Assembly: GCA_022820545.1 (NCBI GenBank)
Contig: JAJEFG010000097.1
Coordinates: 11,061 to 75,060, forward strand
Length of the DNA stretch: 64,000 nt
Direction: 5' to 3'
From: Acidobacteriota bacterium
GTDB lineage: Bacteria > Acidobacteriota > Vicinamibacteria > Marinacidobacterales > Marinacidobacteraceae
Below, one piece after another: positions 8,525 to 18,509 of the stretch (position 1 is the stretch's first letter; the number at the start of each line of letters is the position of its first letter). The notes under the pieces were generated by a model. It was given only the letters and a program-made list of their open reading frames with translations, ran no database searches and was not told the DNA's origin. The translations under genes were made by a program, and so were the position numbers.

Positions 8525-10735
8525 ATGACCAGGGCGACTCACGGCGCCACCACGCGCGTGACGCTCCTCGTGTCGCTTCTCGCGCTGCCGGCCGGAAGCA
8601 TGGCGGCCCAGGACTGGCCGAGCTGGCGGGGCCGGACGCAGACCGGCGTCTCCGAACAGACCGGGCTCGTGTCGAGCTGGTCGGTGGGCGGGGAAAACCT
8701 CATCTGGTTCCAGGAGTACATCGGCCGCTCGACCCCCGCCGTGTTCGACGGGCGGGTCTGCGCCAACGGGCGTACCGGGGAGGGCGTGGCCAAGAAGGAG
8801 ATCGTCACCTGCTGGGACGCGGAGGACGGCACGAAGCTCTGGGAACACACCTTCGCCGTCTTCAACACGACCGTCCCCTTCAACCGGGTCGGCTGGGGCA
8901 GCGTCACCGGCGATCCGGACACCGGCACCCTCTACGCCATGAACGTGGACGGCCACCTGCACGCCTTCGATCGTGGCGGGGAGATCGTCTGGAGCTGGCG
9001 GCTCGGCGAGGACCTCGGCCGCGCGTCCGGATACGGGGGACGGACTTCGACGCCGATCATCGACGAAGACCGGCTGGTGCTCAGCGTCATCGGCTCGGCC
9101 TGGGGCGAGCTCGGCGGGCCGCCGCGCCACCGCTATGTGGCGTTCGACAAGGCGACCGGGCAGGTTCGCTGGGTCGCGACGCCGGGCGGCACGCCGGCCG
9201 ACCTCAACACGCAGTCGGTGCCCATCGTGGCCGTCGTGGGCGGCCAGCGGCTTCTCGTCGACGGGAACGCCGACGGGAACATCTACGCGCTCCAGGCGCG
9301 CACCGGCAAGAAGGTCTGGGAGTTCCACCTCAGCAAGCGCGGCATCAACGTCTCGCCCGTGATCGACGGTGACACCGTTTTCATCGCGCACAGCGAAGAG
9401 AACCTCGACGCGGGGACCATGGGACGGGTCGTGGCCATTGACGCGACCGGGAGCGGCGACATCACCGCCACCGGCGAGAGGTGGCGCATCAACGAGCTCG
9501 CGGTCGGGTTCTCCTCGCCGCTCATCAAGGACGGCCGGCTCTACGTCATCGACAACTCCGCGAACCTGGTGGCCATCGACGCCGCCAGCGGAGCCGTCGT
9601 CTGGGAGCACAGCGTCGGGACCGTCGGCAAGTCGTCGCCGGTCTGGGCCGACGGCAAGCTCTACGTCACCGAGGTCAACGGCAACGTTCATATCCTCGAG
9701 CCCGGCGCCGACGGCGCCACCGAGCTCGACAGCGACGACGTCGAGGTCGCCGGCGGCCGCGAGGCGGAGATCTACGGTTCGTTCGCCCCGGCGTACGGGC
9801 GGCTCTACGTCACGGCCGAGTCCGGCGTCTATTGCATCGGCGACCCGGACGCGCCCTTCGATCCGGCGCCGGGCGCCACTCCCGCCCTCGAGCCCGAGAG
9901 CGCGCCGACCGGAACGGTCGCGAGCCTGCAGGTGGTCCCCGCCGAGGTCATCGCGGCGGCGGGGCAGACGATCGACTTCCGGCTCCTGGCATTCGATGCC
10001 AACGGACAACCGGCCGGGGAAGCGGCCGCCGTCTGGACGCTCGATGGCCTGACCGGCTCGCAGCTCGGCGAAGACGGCGCGTTCCAGGCGAGCTCCGGGA
10101 CCACCAACCAGGCGGGACGGGTCGTCGCGACGGTGGGCGACGTGTCGGCGGCCGCGCGGGTGCGCATCTTCGCGCCCCTGCCCTGGACCGAGACCTTCGA
10201 GAACGGGCGTCCGCCGCACTGGATCGGCGGGGGCGGAAGCCTCGCCGCGGTGGACGAAGGGGGCGAGCAGCTCTTCCGGAAAGGCGCGTCAAGAACCGGC
10301 ATCCACCGGCACGCCATCTACATCGGCCCGTCCGCGATGTCGAACTACACCGTGCAGGCCGACGTGATGTCGACCGAGCGGGGCCGGCGGCGTCCCGACA
10401 TCGGGCTCATCAACAGCGGCTACACGATGGACCTGCAGGGAAACCACCAGCGGATCGAGGTCCGCTCGTGGGCCGCCGAGCTGCGGATGGCCGAACGGTT
10501 TCCCTTCGCGTGGGACACCGACGTCTGGTACACCCTGAAGCTCCGGGTGGACGTCGCCGATGACCGCGCGCTCATCCGCGGCAAGGTCTGGCGGCGCGGC
10601 GAGGCCGAGCCCGACGACTGGACGGTGACCGTGGAGGACCCGGAGCCGGTGCGCCAGGGAAGCCCCGGCCTCATCGGCTACTCGCCGATCGACATCTACT
10701 ACGACAACGTGCAGGTGATGGAGAACCCCAGGTAA
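8525..10735 (+). CDS. secreted PQQ-like beta-propeller repeat protein with C-terminal Ig-like and DUF1080/LamG-like domain
   Basis: ATG at 8525, signal peptide LLVSLLALPAGSMAAQ. Repeated blades of the form G.LYA.D..TG...W. The C-terminus ...IGYSPIDIYYDNVQVMENPR resembles the DUF1080 (3-keto-disaccharide hydrolase-like) fold. Stop overlaps the next start (TAATG). Confidence 0.7.
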   Translation: MTRATHGATTRVTLLVSLLALPAGSMAAQDWPSWRGRTQTGVSEQTGLVSSWSVGGENLIWFQEYIGRSTPAVFDGRVCANGRTGEGVAKKEIVTCWDAEDGTKLWEHTFAVFNTTVPFNRVGWGSVTGDPDTGTLYAMNVDGHLHAFDRGGEIVWSWRLGEDLGRASGYGGRTSTPIIDEDRLVLSVIGSAWGELGGPPRHRYVAFDKATGQVRWVATPGGTPADLNTQSVPIVAVVGGQRLLVDGNADGNIYALQARTGKKVWEFHLSKRGINVSPVIDGDTVFIAHSEENLDAGTMGRVVAIDATGSGDITATGERWRINELAVGFSSPLIKDGRLYVIDNSANLVAIDAASGAVVWEHSVGTVGKSSPVWADGKLYVTEVNGNVHILEPGADGATELDSDDVEVAGGREAEIYGSFAPAYGRLYVTAESGVYCIGDPDAPFDPAPGATPALEPESAPTGTVASLQVVPAEVIAAAGQTIDFRLLAFDANGQPAGEAAAVWTLDGLTGSQLGEDGAFQASSGTTNQAGRVVATVGDVSAAARVRIFAPLPWTETFENGRPPHWIGGGGSLAAVDEGGEQLFRKGASRTGIHRHAIYIGPSAMSNYTVQADVMSTERGRRRPDIGLINSGYTMDLQGNHQRIEVRSWAAELRMAERFPFAWDTDVWYTLKLRVDVADDRALIRGKVWRRGEAEPDDWTVTVEDPEPVRQGSPGLIGYSPIDIYYDNVQVMENPR

Positions 10736-12183
10736 TGGAGATACGACAGGCGCTGATTCTCGGAGCCCTGGCGGCCCTGGTGGCGCCCACCGCCGCTTCG
10801 GCCCAGGAAATCGCGATGTTCGGCAACACGCCGTCCCGGAACATGGTGTCCGACGAGACGGGCGTCGCCGGCGACTGGGACGTGGATACCGGCCGGAACG
10901 TCCTCTGGTCCCAACCGGTCGGTTCGCAGGCCTACGGCGGGCCGGTGGTCGCGAACGGCCGGGTCTACGTCGGCACCAACAACGAGGGACGCCGCAACCC
11001 CTCCATCGAGGGGGACCGGGGCGTGGTCATGGCGTTCGCGGCGGACACCGGCACGTTCCTCTGGCAGATGGTGCATCCCAAGCTCCCGGCCGGCCGGGTC
11101 AACGACTGGCCGATGCAGGGAGTCTGCTCCACCGCGTTCATGGAGGGGGACCGCATCTACTACGTCTCCAACGAGGCGCACGTGATCTGCCTCGACGCGA
11201 ACGGCTTCGCCAACGGCAACGATGGCCCCTTCACCGACGAGGAAGATACCGGTGAGATTGCCGGAGACATCATCTGGTCCTACGACATGATCGGCGAGCT
11301 GGACGTCTTCCCGCACAACCTCGCCACGGGATCGCCGCTCATCGTCGGCGACGTCCTCTATACCGTCACGAGCAACGGTGTCGACGAGGGACACGTCAAC
11401 GTCCCGTCGCCCTTCTCGCCCGACTTCATCGCCCTCGACAAGAACACCGGCGAACTGCTGTGGGAGAGCACCCCGGTCGGCGAGAACATCCTGCACGGGG
11501 CCTGGACGAACCCGGCCTACGCGGTGATCGGCGGCCGGGCGCAGGTCATCTTCCCCGGCGGCGACGGGGTGATCTACAGCCTGGACGCCGCGACGGGCGA
11601 GCTCATCTGGCAGTTCGACTGCAACCCGAAGGACTCGGAGTGGATCCTCGGCGGCCGCGGGACGCGCAACAACATCCTCTCCACGCCGGTGGTCCACAAC
11701 GACAAGGTGTACATCGGCGTCGGCCAGGACCCGGAGCACGGCGAGGCGCCGGGCCATTTCTGGGTGATCGACGCGACCGGCGCCGGCGACGTCACCGACA
11801 CGCACGCGGTATGGCACCGCGGCGGCGAGGACTTCTACCGCACCATGTCCACCGCGGCGATCGCCGACGGCGTGCTCTACATCTCCAGCCTGTCGGGCTA
11901 CCTGCACGCGCTCGACCCGGAGACCGGGGAGGAGTTCTGGACCTACGACACCTACGCGGCGGTGTGGGGCTCTCCCTTCGTCGTGGACGGCAAGGTCTTC
12001 CTGGGTGACGAGGACGGGGACGTCGTGGTGCTGCGCGCGGGCAAGGAACTGGAGGTCCTCGGGGAGTACAACCTCGGCGCCTCCGTCTACTGCACCCCGG
12101 TGGTCAAGGACGGCGTCCTCTACATCCTCACCCGCAACCGGCTCTGGGCATTCAAGGAAGGCGCGCAGTCCGACCCCCTCTGA
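10735..12183 (+). CDS. secreted PQQ-like beta-propeller repeat protein
   Basis: Signal peptide MEIRQALILGALAALVAPTAASAQ. Propeller blade repeats (GRVYVGT, GVIYSLDAATGELIWQF, GYLHALDPETGEEFWTY). Translationally coupled to the upstream gene. Confidence 0.7.
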   Translation: MEIRQALILGALAALVAPTAASAQEIAMFGNTPSRNMVSDETGVAGDWDVDTGRNVLWSQPVGSQAYGGPVVANGRVYVGTNNEGRRNPSIEGDRGVVMAFAADTGTFLWQMVHPKLPAGRVNDWPMQGVCSTAFMEGDRIYYVSNEAHVICLDANGFANGNDGPFTDEEDTGEIAGDIIWSYDMIGELDVFPHNLATGSPLIVGDVLYTVTSNGVDEGHVNVPSPFSPDFIALDKNTGELLWESTPVGENILHGAWTNPAYAVIGGRAQVIFPGGDGVIYSLDAATGELIWQFDCNPKDSEWILGGRGTRNNILSTPVVHNDKVYIGVGQDPEHGEAPGHFWVIDATGAGDVTDTHAVWHRGGEDFYRTMSTAAIADGVLYISSLSGYLHALDPETGEEFWTYDTYAAVWGSPFVVDGKVFLGDEDGDVVVLRAGKELEVLGEYNLGASVYCTPVVKDGVLYILTRNRLWAFKEGAQSDPL

Positions 12184-12189
12184 CGGCCT

Positions 12190-12213
12190 GGAACGCCGGC
12201 TTCAGCCGGCGCG
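12190..12213 (+). repeat. Type A hairpin repeat, solo copy (GGAACGCCGGCTTCAGCCGGCG)
   Basis: Same core as 2771-2795. Lies immediately after the PQQ-propeller stop. Confidence 0.55.
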
Positions 12214-12305
12214 CGCGGCGCCTCTCCCACCGGGAGAAACCGTCGCGATCGGTCCCCCCTGCACCCCCCGCCGGGCACGAAAACGGCGCGAACGGCTTGA
12301 ACTCG

Positions 12306-12502
12306 GAGCGCCGGCCTCTGGCCGGCATCGCGGCCGCAGGCCGCGAAACGCACGCCGCAGCCGATTCCCATGGCGTCATCCCCACCGGGAACGCCTGCAC
12401 ACCGCCCGAAACGAGCCGGAGTGGACCCCCCTCTTCAGGGAGAGGAGCGCCACCAGCGCGGGTTTCGCGCTCCCGCGCGATGCCGGCCAGAGGCCGGCGC
12501 TC
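12306..12502. repeat. Full ~197-bp type B element: unit (+) at 12306-12349, conserved ~110-bp core, inverted unit at 12462-12502
   Basis: Terminal units are inverted copies; both share the loop variant TCT/AGA. The core resembles the cores at 20823-20930 (opposite orientation) and 26247-26355. Confidence 0.65.
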
Positions 12503-12687
12503 GGAGGCGGCACCACCACAGTCTGCTGGCCAGCCCCGTACCGTTGCACTTTCATGGCAACTGGCGCACCGCGCCCGGCGCAACCCCTACGCGCACCGGT
12601 TGCCCGGCGTTCCCGCGTCCGGTGGACCCGTGAGGTCGGAAATCCAGGCAGGGCGATGCCCGTCACCACACGGGGAGCCCTCACTGC

Positions 12688-12897
12688 CTATTCGGCGGAG
12701 GACAGATTCTCGGCGGACGTCCTGCCGTTGTTTCCGACCTGAAGTTCGTACGAGACCTTCTGCCCCTCGCGAAGCGACTGCAGCCCGGCTTTCTGAACCG
12801 CCGAGATGTGTACGAAAACGTCCTTTGAACGGTCATCGGGCTCGATGAACCCGAAACCTTTTGCCGCGTTGAACCACTTTACAGTGCCGGTAGCCAT
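12688..12897 (-). CDS. cspA: cold-shock protein CspA family
   Basis: [65 protein letters not shown], with RNP1/RNP2 motifs. RBS AGAGGAA upstream. Long upstream untranslated region typical of csp genes. Confidence 0.9.
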   Translation of the reverse strand: MATGTVKWFNAAKGFGFIEPDDRSKDVFVHISAVQKAGLQSLREGQKVSYELQVGNNGRTSAENLSSAE

Positions 12898-13158
12898 GAT
12901 TCGTTCCTCTAACAAAACGTGTTGATTCAGCACGCCACACGAAGCGTCGGCGCGCGGTTGGGAGCTCGCCTGGTCAGGGGATCGGAAGCCGAGCCGCGGT
13001 AGCGACCCTTCGAGATCGCACCGGACCAATGCGCGCAAGAACGCGGGAGTACACGCCACCAGCGCCAGGAAGTCAATGACGCGCTCCACCGGAATGACCC
13101 GCGCCCCTCCCGTTGCGCCGCCCGGACGCCGGCGGTCCGGCGGGCGCCGCGCGGGAAG

Positions 13159-15621
13159 CTACCGGGAGCCGCCCGCCTCCAGGCGCCCGTCCACGAACAC
13201 CCAGTCCGGCACCACGCGGTAGTCGAAGGGATGCCCTTCCAGGATGACGAAGTCGGCGTCCTTGCCCGGCTCGATGCTTCCGATCCGGTCGCCCAGGTCA
13301 ATCAGCTCGGCGGCGTTGAGCGTCGCCATCCGGAGCGCGTCCACCTCCGGGACGCCGTTGCGGAAGGCCCACGCGGAGTTGAGGATGGGCTCGCCGCCCA
13401 GCCGCCCGATGGGTGAAGCGCGCCGGGAGGCGCCGGGACCGAAGAACGCCACCTTGACGCCGGCCCGGTTCAGGATGGCGGGTCCCTCCACGCTCCAGCC
13501 CTCGCCGCCCCCGCGGATGTCCGACGCGTAGCTGCCGGAGTTCCCCAGAATGACCCCCGCGCCGGCCGCGGCGAGCCGGCCGGCCAGCCGGTGCGCCTCC
13601 ACCCCGCCGGTGATCACGAGGCGCAGGCCGTAGTCCTCCGCGAGACTCAGGGCCGCTTCGATCTCGGGCGCCCGGTCGGCGTGGACCATCGCCGGCACCT
13701 CGCGCCGGAGTAGCGGCAGGAGCGCCTCGAGGCGCGCGTCGTACTCGGCGGACCCGTCCGCTTCCGAATAGCGCCGTGCGGCATCCAGCGCTTCCCGGAT
13801 CATCGCCGCGGCGCTTTCGAGCGTCAGCGGCGCTCCCGCCTCGTCCGTCCACTCCCGGAGCGCCGACGGGGTGAGGGCGAACACCAGGCTCGCCGGCTCG
13901 CGGCGCACCATCTTCTCGAAGTCGATGCCGGGCGTCTTCACCAGGACGCCGTTCCCGCCGATCAGGTTGCGGGTGCCGGGGGTGACGTGGATCGCGGTCA
14001 CCCCGATCGTGGTGTTCACCCGGTACGAGGGGAACCAGGGGTCCACGGCGTAGAGGGCGTTCATCTCCGGCACCACCGGTTCGGTGATCTCGTCGTTCTG
14101 CACCTGCCACTTGAGGTCGCCGATCCAGTCGTTGGGAAAGGCGCGCGCGATCACGGTTCCCGGCATGACCACCCTGCCCCCGACGTCCATGACCGCCAGC
14201 CCCGCGGGCGGCGCGGCGGCCGCCTCCACCAGCGTGAACCGGCCGTCCTCGACGACGAGGGTGGCGTTCCGGATCTCCCCGCCGCTCACCGTGAACACGT
14301 GCGCGCCGGTGACGGCGAAACTCTCGTCCTCCGCAGTGATCTCCCCGGTCACCGCCGTGAACGGCCCCACCGCGCGCGGCCGGTCCGCCGGGAGCACGCG
14401 GTCGCGCTCGTACTCGAGCCGCCCGTCCACGAACACGCGCTCCACCCGGTCGGCGGTCAGGTCGAGGAAGTGCCCGTCGAGGAGCACCAGGTCCGCGTCC
14501 TTCCCGACCTCGATGCTGCCGATCCGGTCCTGGAGCATCATGGCGCGCGCTCCGTTGATGGTCATGATCTCGAGCGCCTGGTCGTCGGTGAGCCCGTGCC
14601 GCGCCAGAAAGGCCCCGTACTCGCGGAAGTCCTTGAAGTGCTGGTTCGACATGTCCGTCTGGATGCTGGCGTGCACGCCGGCGTCGAGGAGGTCCTTCAG
14701 CAGGTTCAGGGGCTCGGGATCGCCCCAGTACTGGACGATCATCATCGGACCGATGACCGGGACGATCTCGGTTCCGGCGAGCAGTTCCGTAAGCGGGAAG
14801 ATCTCCTCCGCGTGGGCGAGCGCCAGGCGGTCGAAGAAGCCGTACCTGCGCGCGAGGCGCAGCACCATCATCACCTCGCTCGGATAGTGCGCGTGGGCGT
14901 GCACCATGACCTCGCCCCGGATCACGGCCGCGAAGGCCTCGAGGCGCTCGTCGCGCTCGGGCGCCGCTCCCTCTCCGGCGGCGTGCGCTTCCTGCTCCCG
15001 CACGTAGGCCGCGGCGCGGCGGAAGTAGTCGTCGGCGACGGCGTACCAGCCCATCACCGTCTGCGGCGTCTCGCCGGGCCGCAGGTTGATCAGCGGCCGT
15101 ACCGCCATCTTCAGATCCACGTACGGCTTGAGGATCATCTCCGGGCCCGGATTGCGCTTCAGCTTCAGCGCGACCGCCTGCCCGCTGGAGATGATGCCGC
15201 TGCCCGAGCGCGTGACCAGCGACGTCACGCCGCCGGAGAGCGCCACCTGGAGCATTGGGTCCGACAGGTCGAGATGCTCCACCGCCTTCCACTCGGCGGT
15301 CACCGGGCCGGGAATACGCGCGCGGCTGGAACGGTCGAGGGCGGCGTGCGCGTGGGCGTCGATCAGGCCCGGGATCACGGTCGCCGCTTCGTACACCGGG
15401 GTCCCGGCGGGAACGTCGAGAGACGCGCCCACGGCTTCGATGATCCCGTCCCGGATCAGGATCTCGCCGTCCTGAAGCGTCCCGCCGGTGACGGTGTGGA
15501 TCGTCCGTCCACGAACGAGGACGGTCTCGGACTGGGCGCTCGCCGTGCCGGCCCCGGCGACGGCGAGCGCCACGAGCGCCGCGAGCCGCCTGCGCCTTCG
15601 GCTCGACGTGCGCCAGCTCAT
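13159..15621 (-). CDS. secreted metal-dependent amidohydrolase family protein (two tandem amidohydrolase-like halves)
   Basis: Signal peptide LAALVALAVAGAGTASAQ. N-terminus has amidohydrolase HxH (GLIDAHAHA). A second, similar beta-sandwich/TIM region occurs in the C-terminal half. 820 aa. Confidence 0.65.
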   Translation of the reverse strand: MSWRTSSRRRRRLAALVALAVAGAGTASAQSETVLVRGRTIHTVTGGTLQDGEILIRDGIIEAVGASLDVPAGTPVYEAATVIPGLIDAHAHAALDRSSRARIPGPVTAEWKAVEHLDLSDPMLQVALSGGVTSLVTRSGSGIISSGQAVALKLKRNPGPEMILKPYVDLKMAVRPLINLRPGETPQTVMGWYAVADDYFRRAAAYVREQEAHAAGEGAAPERDERLEAFAAVIRGEVMVHAHAHYPSEVMMVLRLARRYGFFDRLALAHAEEIFPLTELLAGTEIVPVIGPMMIVQYWGDPEPLNLLKDLLDAGVHASIQTDMSNQHFKDFREYGAFLARHGLTDDQALEIMTINGARAMMLQDRIGSIEVGKDADLVLLDGHFLDLTADRVERVFVDGRLEYERDRVLPADRPRAVGPFTAVTGEITAEDESFAVTGAHVFTVSGGEIRNATLVVEDGRFTLVEAAAAPPAGLAVMDVGGRVVMPGTVIARAFPNDWIGDLKWQVQNDEITEPVVPEMNALYAVDPWFPSYRVNTTIGVTAIHVTPGTRNLIGGNGVLVKTPGIDFEKMVRREPASLVFALTPSALREWTDEAGAPLTLESAAAMIREALDAARRYSEADGSAEYDARLEALLPLLRREVPAMVHADRAPEIEAALSLAEDYGLRLVITGGVEAHRLAGRLAAAGAGVILGNSGSYASDIRGGGEGWSVEGPAILNRAGVKVAFFGPGASRRASPIGRLGGEPILNSAWAFRNGVPEVDALRMATLNAAELIDLGDRIGSIEPGKDADFVILEGHPFDYRVVPDWVFVDGRLEAGGSR

Positions 15622-15667
15622 CTTCCTGTCCTCCCCCCGAGGTCCGGCCGGCCCGCCGAACCGGACG

Positions 15668-16765
15668 TCAGTAGACCCCCACGGTGGTGCCGCCCGCGAG
15701 CTGGCCGAAGGGCCGGACGCCGCTGACCCCGTCCCAGGCGTAGGGTCCCCAGGGTGGTTCCCGCTCGCCCTCGTCGCGTTCGAGGAAGCCCGGGACGAAG
15801 AACTCGCGCGTCAGCGTCGTGAGCCGGACGCGGCCGGTTTCCCCGTAGTCCACCACCTCGCCGCTGTCGGGGTCCACGACCTCCAGCACCGCGCGGGGCA
15901 TCGGCGGGTAGTAGGCGATCTTGTAGCCGTCCTCCGCGGTCGGCGGACGCGCCGGCGCGAGTCCCATCAGCGTGTTTCCGTAGGTGGGCTGGAGGAACAC
16001 CCCGTCCAGCAGTTCCTCCATGGCGAACCGCGTCCACTGGGGGGTGAACTCGGTGCCCCCCGAGAAGATGCCCCGGATGCCCGTCTCCGCCAGGGTTCTC
16101 CCCTCGTCCTCGAGCCGCAGGCAGAGCGCCTCGAGCAGCTTCGGCGTGGTGAAGAGGCACCGGATGTCGTGGCCGGCCGAGAGGACCGTCAGCGCCTGGT
16201 CGATGACGTGGGCCTGGTAGGCGAGCAGGTGCTCGGTCCAGCCCTTCTTGATCAGCTTGATGACCCAGCGGGGGTCGAGATCCACCGAGAACGCGATCCC
16301 GCCCCGGAACTGGGCGAGATGCTCCACTGCGAGCCGCAGCCGGCGCGGCCCCGAGGGACCGAGCATGAGCCAGTTGGATCCCGGCGGGAAGTGCTCCTCG
16401 GACAGCACCGCGCTGAACAGCTCGTAGTCGATCCGGAAATCGTCCACCGAGGTGCGGCTCTTCGGGATCCCTGTCGTCCCGCCGGTCTCGAAGACGTAGA
16501 GCGGCCGGTCCTGATAGGGGGCCGGAATCCAGCGGCGCACCGGACCGCCCCGGAGCCACGTGTCCTCGAACGGCGGAAACCGCTTGAGGTCGTCGAAGCC
16601 CTGCACGTCGGCCAGGGGATCGAAGTCGAGCCGCTTCCGGAAATCGAGCCAGAAGGAGCATCCCGTTTCCTCGGCAAAGTGCCAGCGCACGATGTCGCGG
16701 ACGTGTTCGTCGAGGTCGTGGCGCGCCGCCACGACGGCTTCGGAGTCTTGCAGGTCGGTTTCCAT
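15668..16765 (-). CDS. adenylate-forming enzyme, phenylacetate-CoA ligase (PaaK)/CapK/F390-synthetase family
   Basis: P-loop-like YVFETGGTTGIPKSRT and a PaaK-like overall layout. ATG at 16765 (METDLQD) with GAGAGGA RBS. Confidence 0.6.
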   Translation of the reverse strand: METDLQDSEAVVAARHDLDEHVRDIVRWHFAEETGCSFWLDFRKRLDFDPLADVQGFDDLKRFPPFEDTWLRGGPVRRWIPAPYQDRPLYVFETGGTTGIPKSRTSVDDFRIDYELFSAVLSEEHFPPGSNWLMLGPSGPRRLRLAVEHLAQFRGGIAFSVDLDPRWVIKLIKKGWTEHLLAYQAHVIDQALTVLSAGHDIRCLFTTPKLLEALCLRLEDEGRTLAETGIRGIFSGGTEFTPQWTRFAMEELLDGVFLQPTYGNTLMGLAPARPPTAEDGYKIAYYPPMPRAVLEVVDPDSGEVVDYGETGRVRLTTLTREFFVPGFLERDEGEREPPWGPYAWDGVSGVRPFGQLAGGTTVGVY

Positions 16766-16790
16766 GGTTCCTCTCGGTCGTGAACCCTTG

Positions 16791-18098
16791 TCAGGCGGCC
16801 ATCGCCCGCGCGAAGGCCGCTTCGGCGTCTTCGGCCATCCGGTCGAGCGAGTGCTCCTCCCGCACGCGCCGGAACCCGCGTTCCCCAACGCTGGCCCGCC
16901 GCTCCGGGTGCAGCACGAGCTGCGAGAGCGCCGCCGCGAAGTCCGCGGGTTCGCTGCTCTTCGCGAGCACGCCGCCTTCGGCCCGGTCCAGCAGCGCCGG
17001 ATAGGCCCCTTCCCGGGGAACCACGATCGGTGTACCCGCCATCATGGCCTCGATCGCCGGGATGCCCTTCGGCTCCGGAAACGCCGCGGGAATGCCGATG
17101 ACGTCGGCGTCGCGCAGGAAACGGATCTTCCCCGCGTGGTCCAGCTCGCCCAGATACTCGAAGGAGACGGCGGACCCGTCGGCGGCGAACAGCCGCCGGA
17201 CCTCCTCCAGATACCTCTTCCCCCCGCGACTCATCCACCCGGCGGCCCGCACCCGGAGCGGCGGCGCTTCCGGTTGTCCGGCGAGTTGGAGCACGGCGCG
17301 GGCCAGCCGGTCGAGTCCCTTCTCCGGAGCGATCCGGGAGAAGAAACCGATCGTCACCTCCCGCACGCCGGCCGCGTCCTCCACCGCCGGCGGAGCCTTC
17401 GGTTCCAAGGGATATCCCTCGGGGTCCACTCCCAGACGCACGAACGACACGCGCTCGCCGGGAATCCCCAGCGTGTCCGCCATGCCGCGGGCATGGTGCT
17501 CGGTAACCCCCACGAAGTGGTGCGCGGCGCCCGCGGCCTCCCGCATGAGGCCGAGCGCCCGGTCGCGGTCCCCGGCGGGCAGCCGGCCGAGGAACAGGTC
17601 CTCCCCGGAGAAAGTGACGACGACCGGGGCTCCGGTGGCCGCGGCCAGCGGACCGGCGAGCCCGAGGAGCAGCGAGTTGGGCAGCACCACCACGTCGGGG
17701 CCGGCGTCGCGGACGGACTCCGCGAGGGCCTCGACCGCGTGCCGGGCGGGTCCCCGCGCCCCCTCGAGCGTGGTGACGGTGAGGGGCCCGAGTTTCGCCG
17801 GGTCGTTGGACGACGAGAACCGCTCGACGAGGCCGAGCAGCGCCGGGGAATCCAGGATCCGGTCGAGTCCGGGGAGCGCTCCGAAGAGCGGCGCGGCGTG
17901 CTGCAGATACACCGTGATCCCCCCGAAGCGGACCCGGTCCTCCGAGACGCTCGTCTCGTCGGTGCGGCTGCGCTGGTAGAGGGGCACGAGGCGCACGTCG
18001 TGCCCGCGCCCGGCGAGCGACCGGGCCAGCGCGTTGTCGCGGATGCAGCTCCCGCACAGCATTTCTCCCGCTCCGGCGGTGAAACTCAGGATCCGCAC
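16791..18098 (-). CDS. glycosyltransferase family 4
   Basis: GT-B fold with the GT4 C-terminal signature (FSRIAPEKGLDRL..., EPKGIPAIEAMMAGTPIVV). GTG start. Confidence 0.8.
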   Translation of the reverse strand: MRILSFTAGAGEMLCGSCIRDNALARSLAGRGHDVRLVPLYQRSRTDETSVSEDRVRFGGITVYLQHAAPLFGALPGLDRILDSPALLGLVERFSSSNDPAKLGPLTVTTLEGARGPARHAVEALAESVRDAGPDVVVLPNSLLLGLAGPLAAATGAPVVVTFSGEDLFLGRLPAGDRDRALGLMREAAGAAHHFVGVTEHHARGMADTLGIPGERVSFVRLGVDPEGYPLEPKAPPAVEDAAGVREVTIGFFSRIAPEKGLDRLARAVLQLAGQPEAPPLRVRAAGWMSRGGKRYLEEVRRLFAADGSAVSFEYLGELDHAGKIRFLRDADVIGIPAAFPEPKGIPAIEAMMAGTPIVVPREGAYPALLDRAEGGVLAKSSEPADFAAALSQLVLHPERRASVGERGFRRVREEHSLDRMAEDAEAAFARAMAA

Positions 18099-18132
18099 GC
18101 GTTCGGATGGTGTCGGTCGCGGTGGCGCGGAC

Positions 18133-18495
18133 TCAGAATTCCGGCCAGCCGGTGACCGGGTTGCGCCAGATGCTGTAGTTCATGCCGCCCGAGTAGAGGT
18201 GGGGCGGCCAGTCGTCGGGTCCGGTCGCCTGCGACGGATAGAGGTGGTAACGCATTCCCAGGGCGCCCCAGATGCGGCGCCAGCGGTTCTGGAACTTCCT
18301 TGCCGGAGGGTACAGGTCGCGGGGATCGTCCACTTCGTACCGGAAATCGAAGATGCTCGGCGGACGGGGCTGCTCCTCCTCGTCCCCCACCGGCGCCTGC
18401 GCCGAGGCCGTGGCGCCCAGGCAGAGGGTGACCCCGATCACGACCAGCGTGGCGAGGCCCCGCCACCAGGCGGCGCGGCGGCGTTCCCGGCGCAA
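18133..18495 (-). CDS. small secreted hypothetical protein (Trp/Tyr-rich)
   Basis: A putative TTG start gives M-RRERRRAAWWRGLATLVVIGVTLCLGATASAQ-A, a good Sec signal. The mature part is aromatic-rich, unlike the R/G/P-rich spurious ORFs. Start codon uncertain. Confidence 0.4.
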   Translation of the reverse strand: MRRERRRAAWWRGLATLVVIGVTLCLGATASAQAPVGDEEEQPRPPSIFDFRYEVDDPRDLYPPARKFQNRWRRIWGALGMRYHLYPSQATGPDDWPPHLYSGGMNYSIWRNPVTGWPEF

Positions 18496-18509
18496 CGGTC
18501 CGACGTCCC

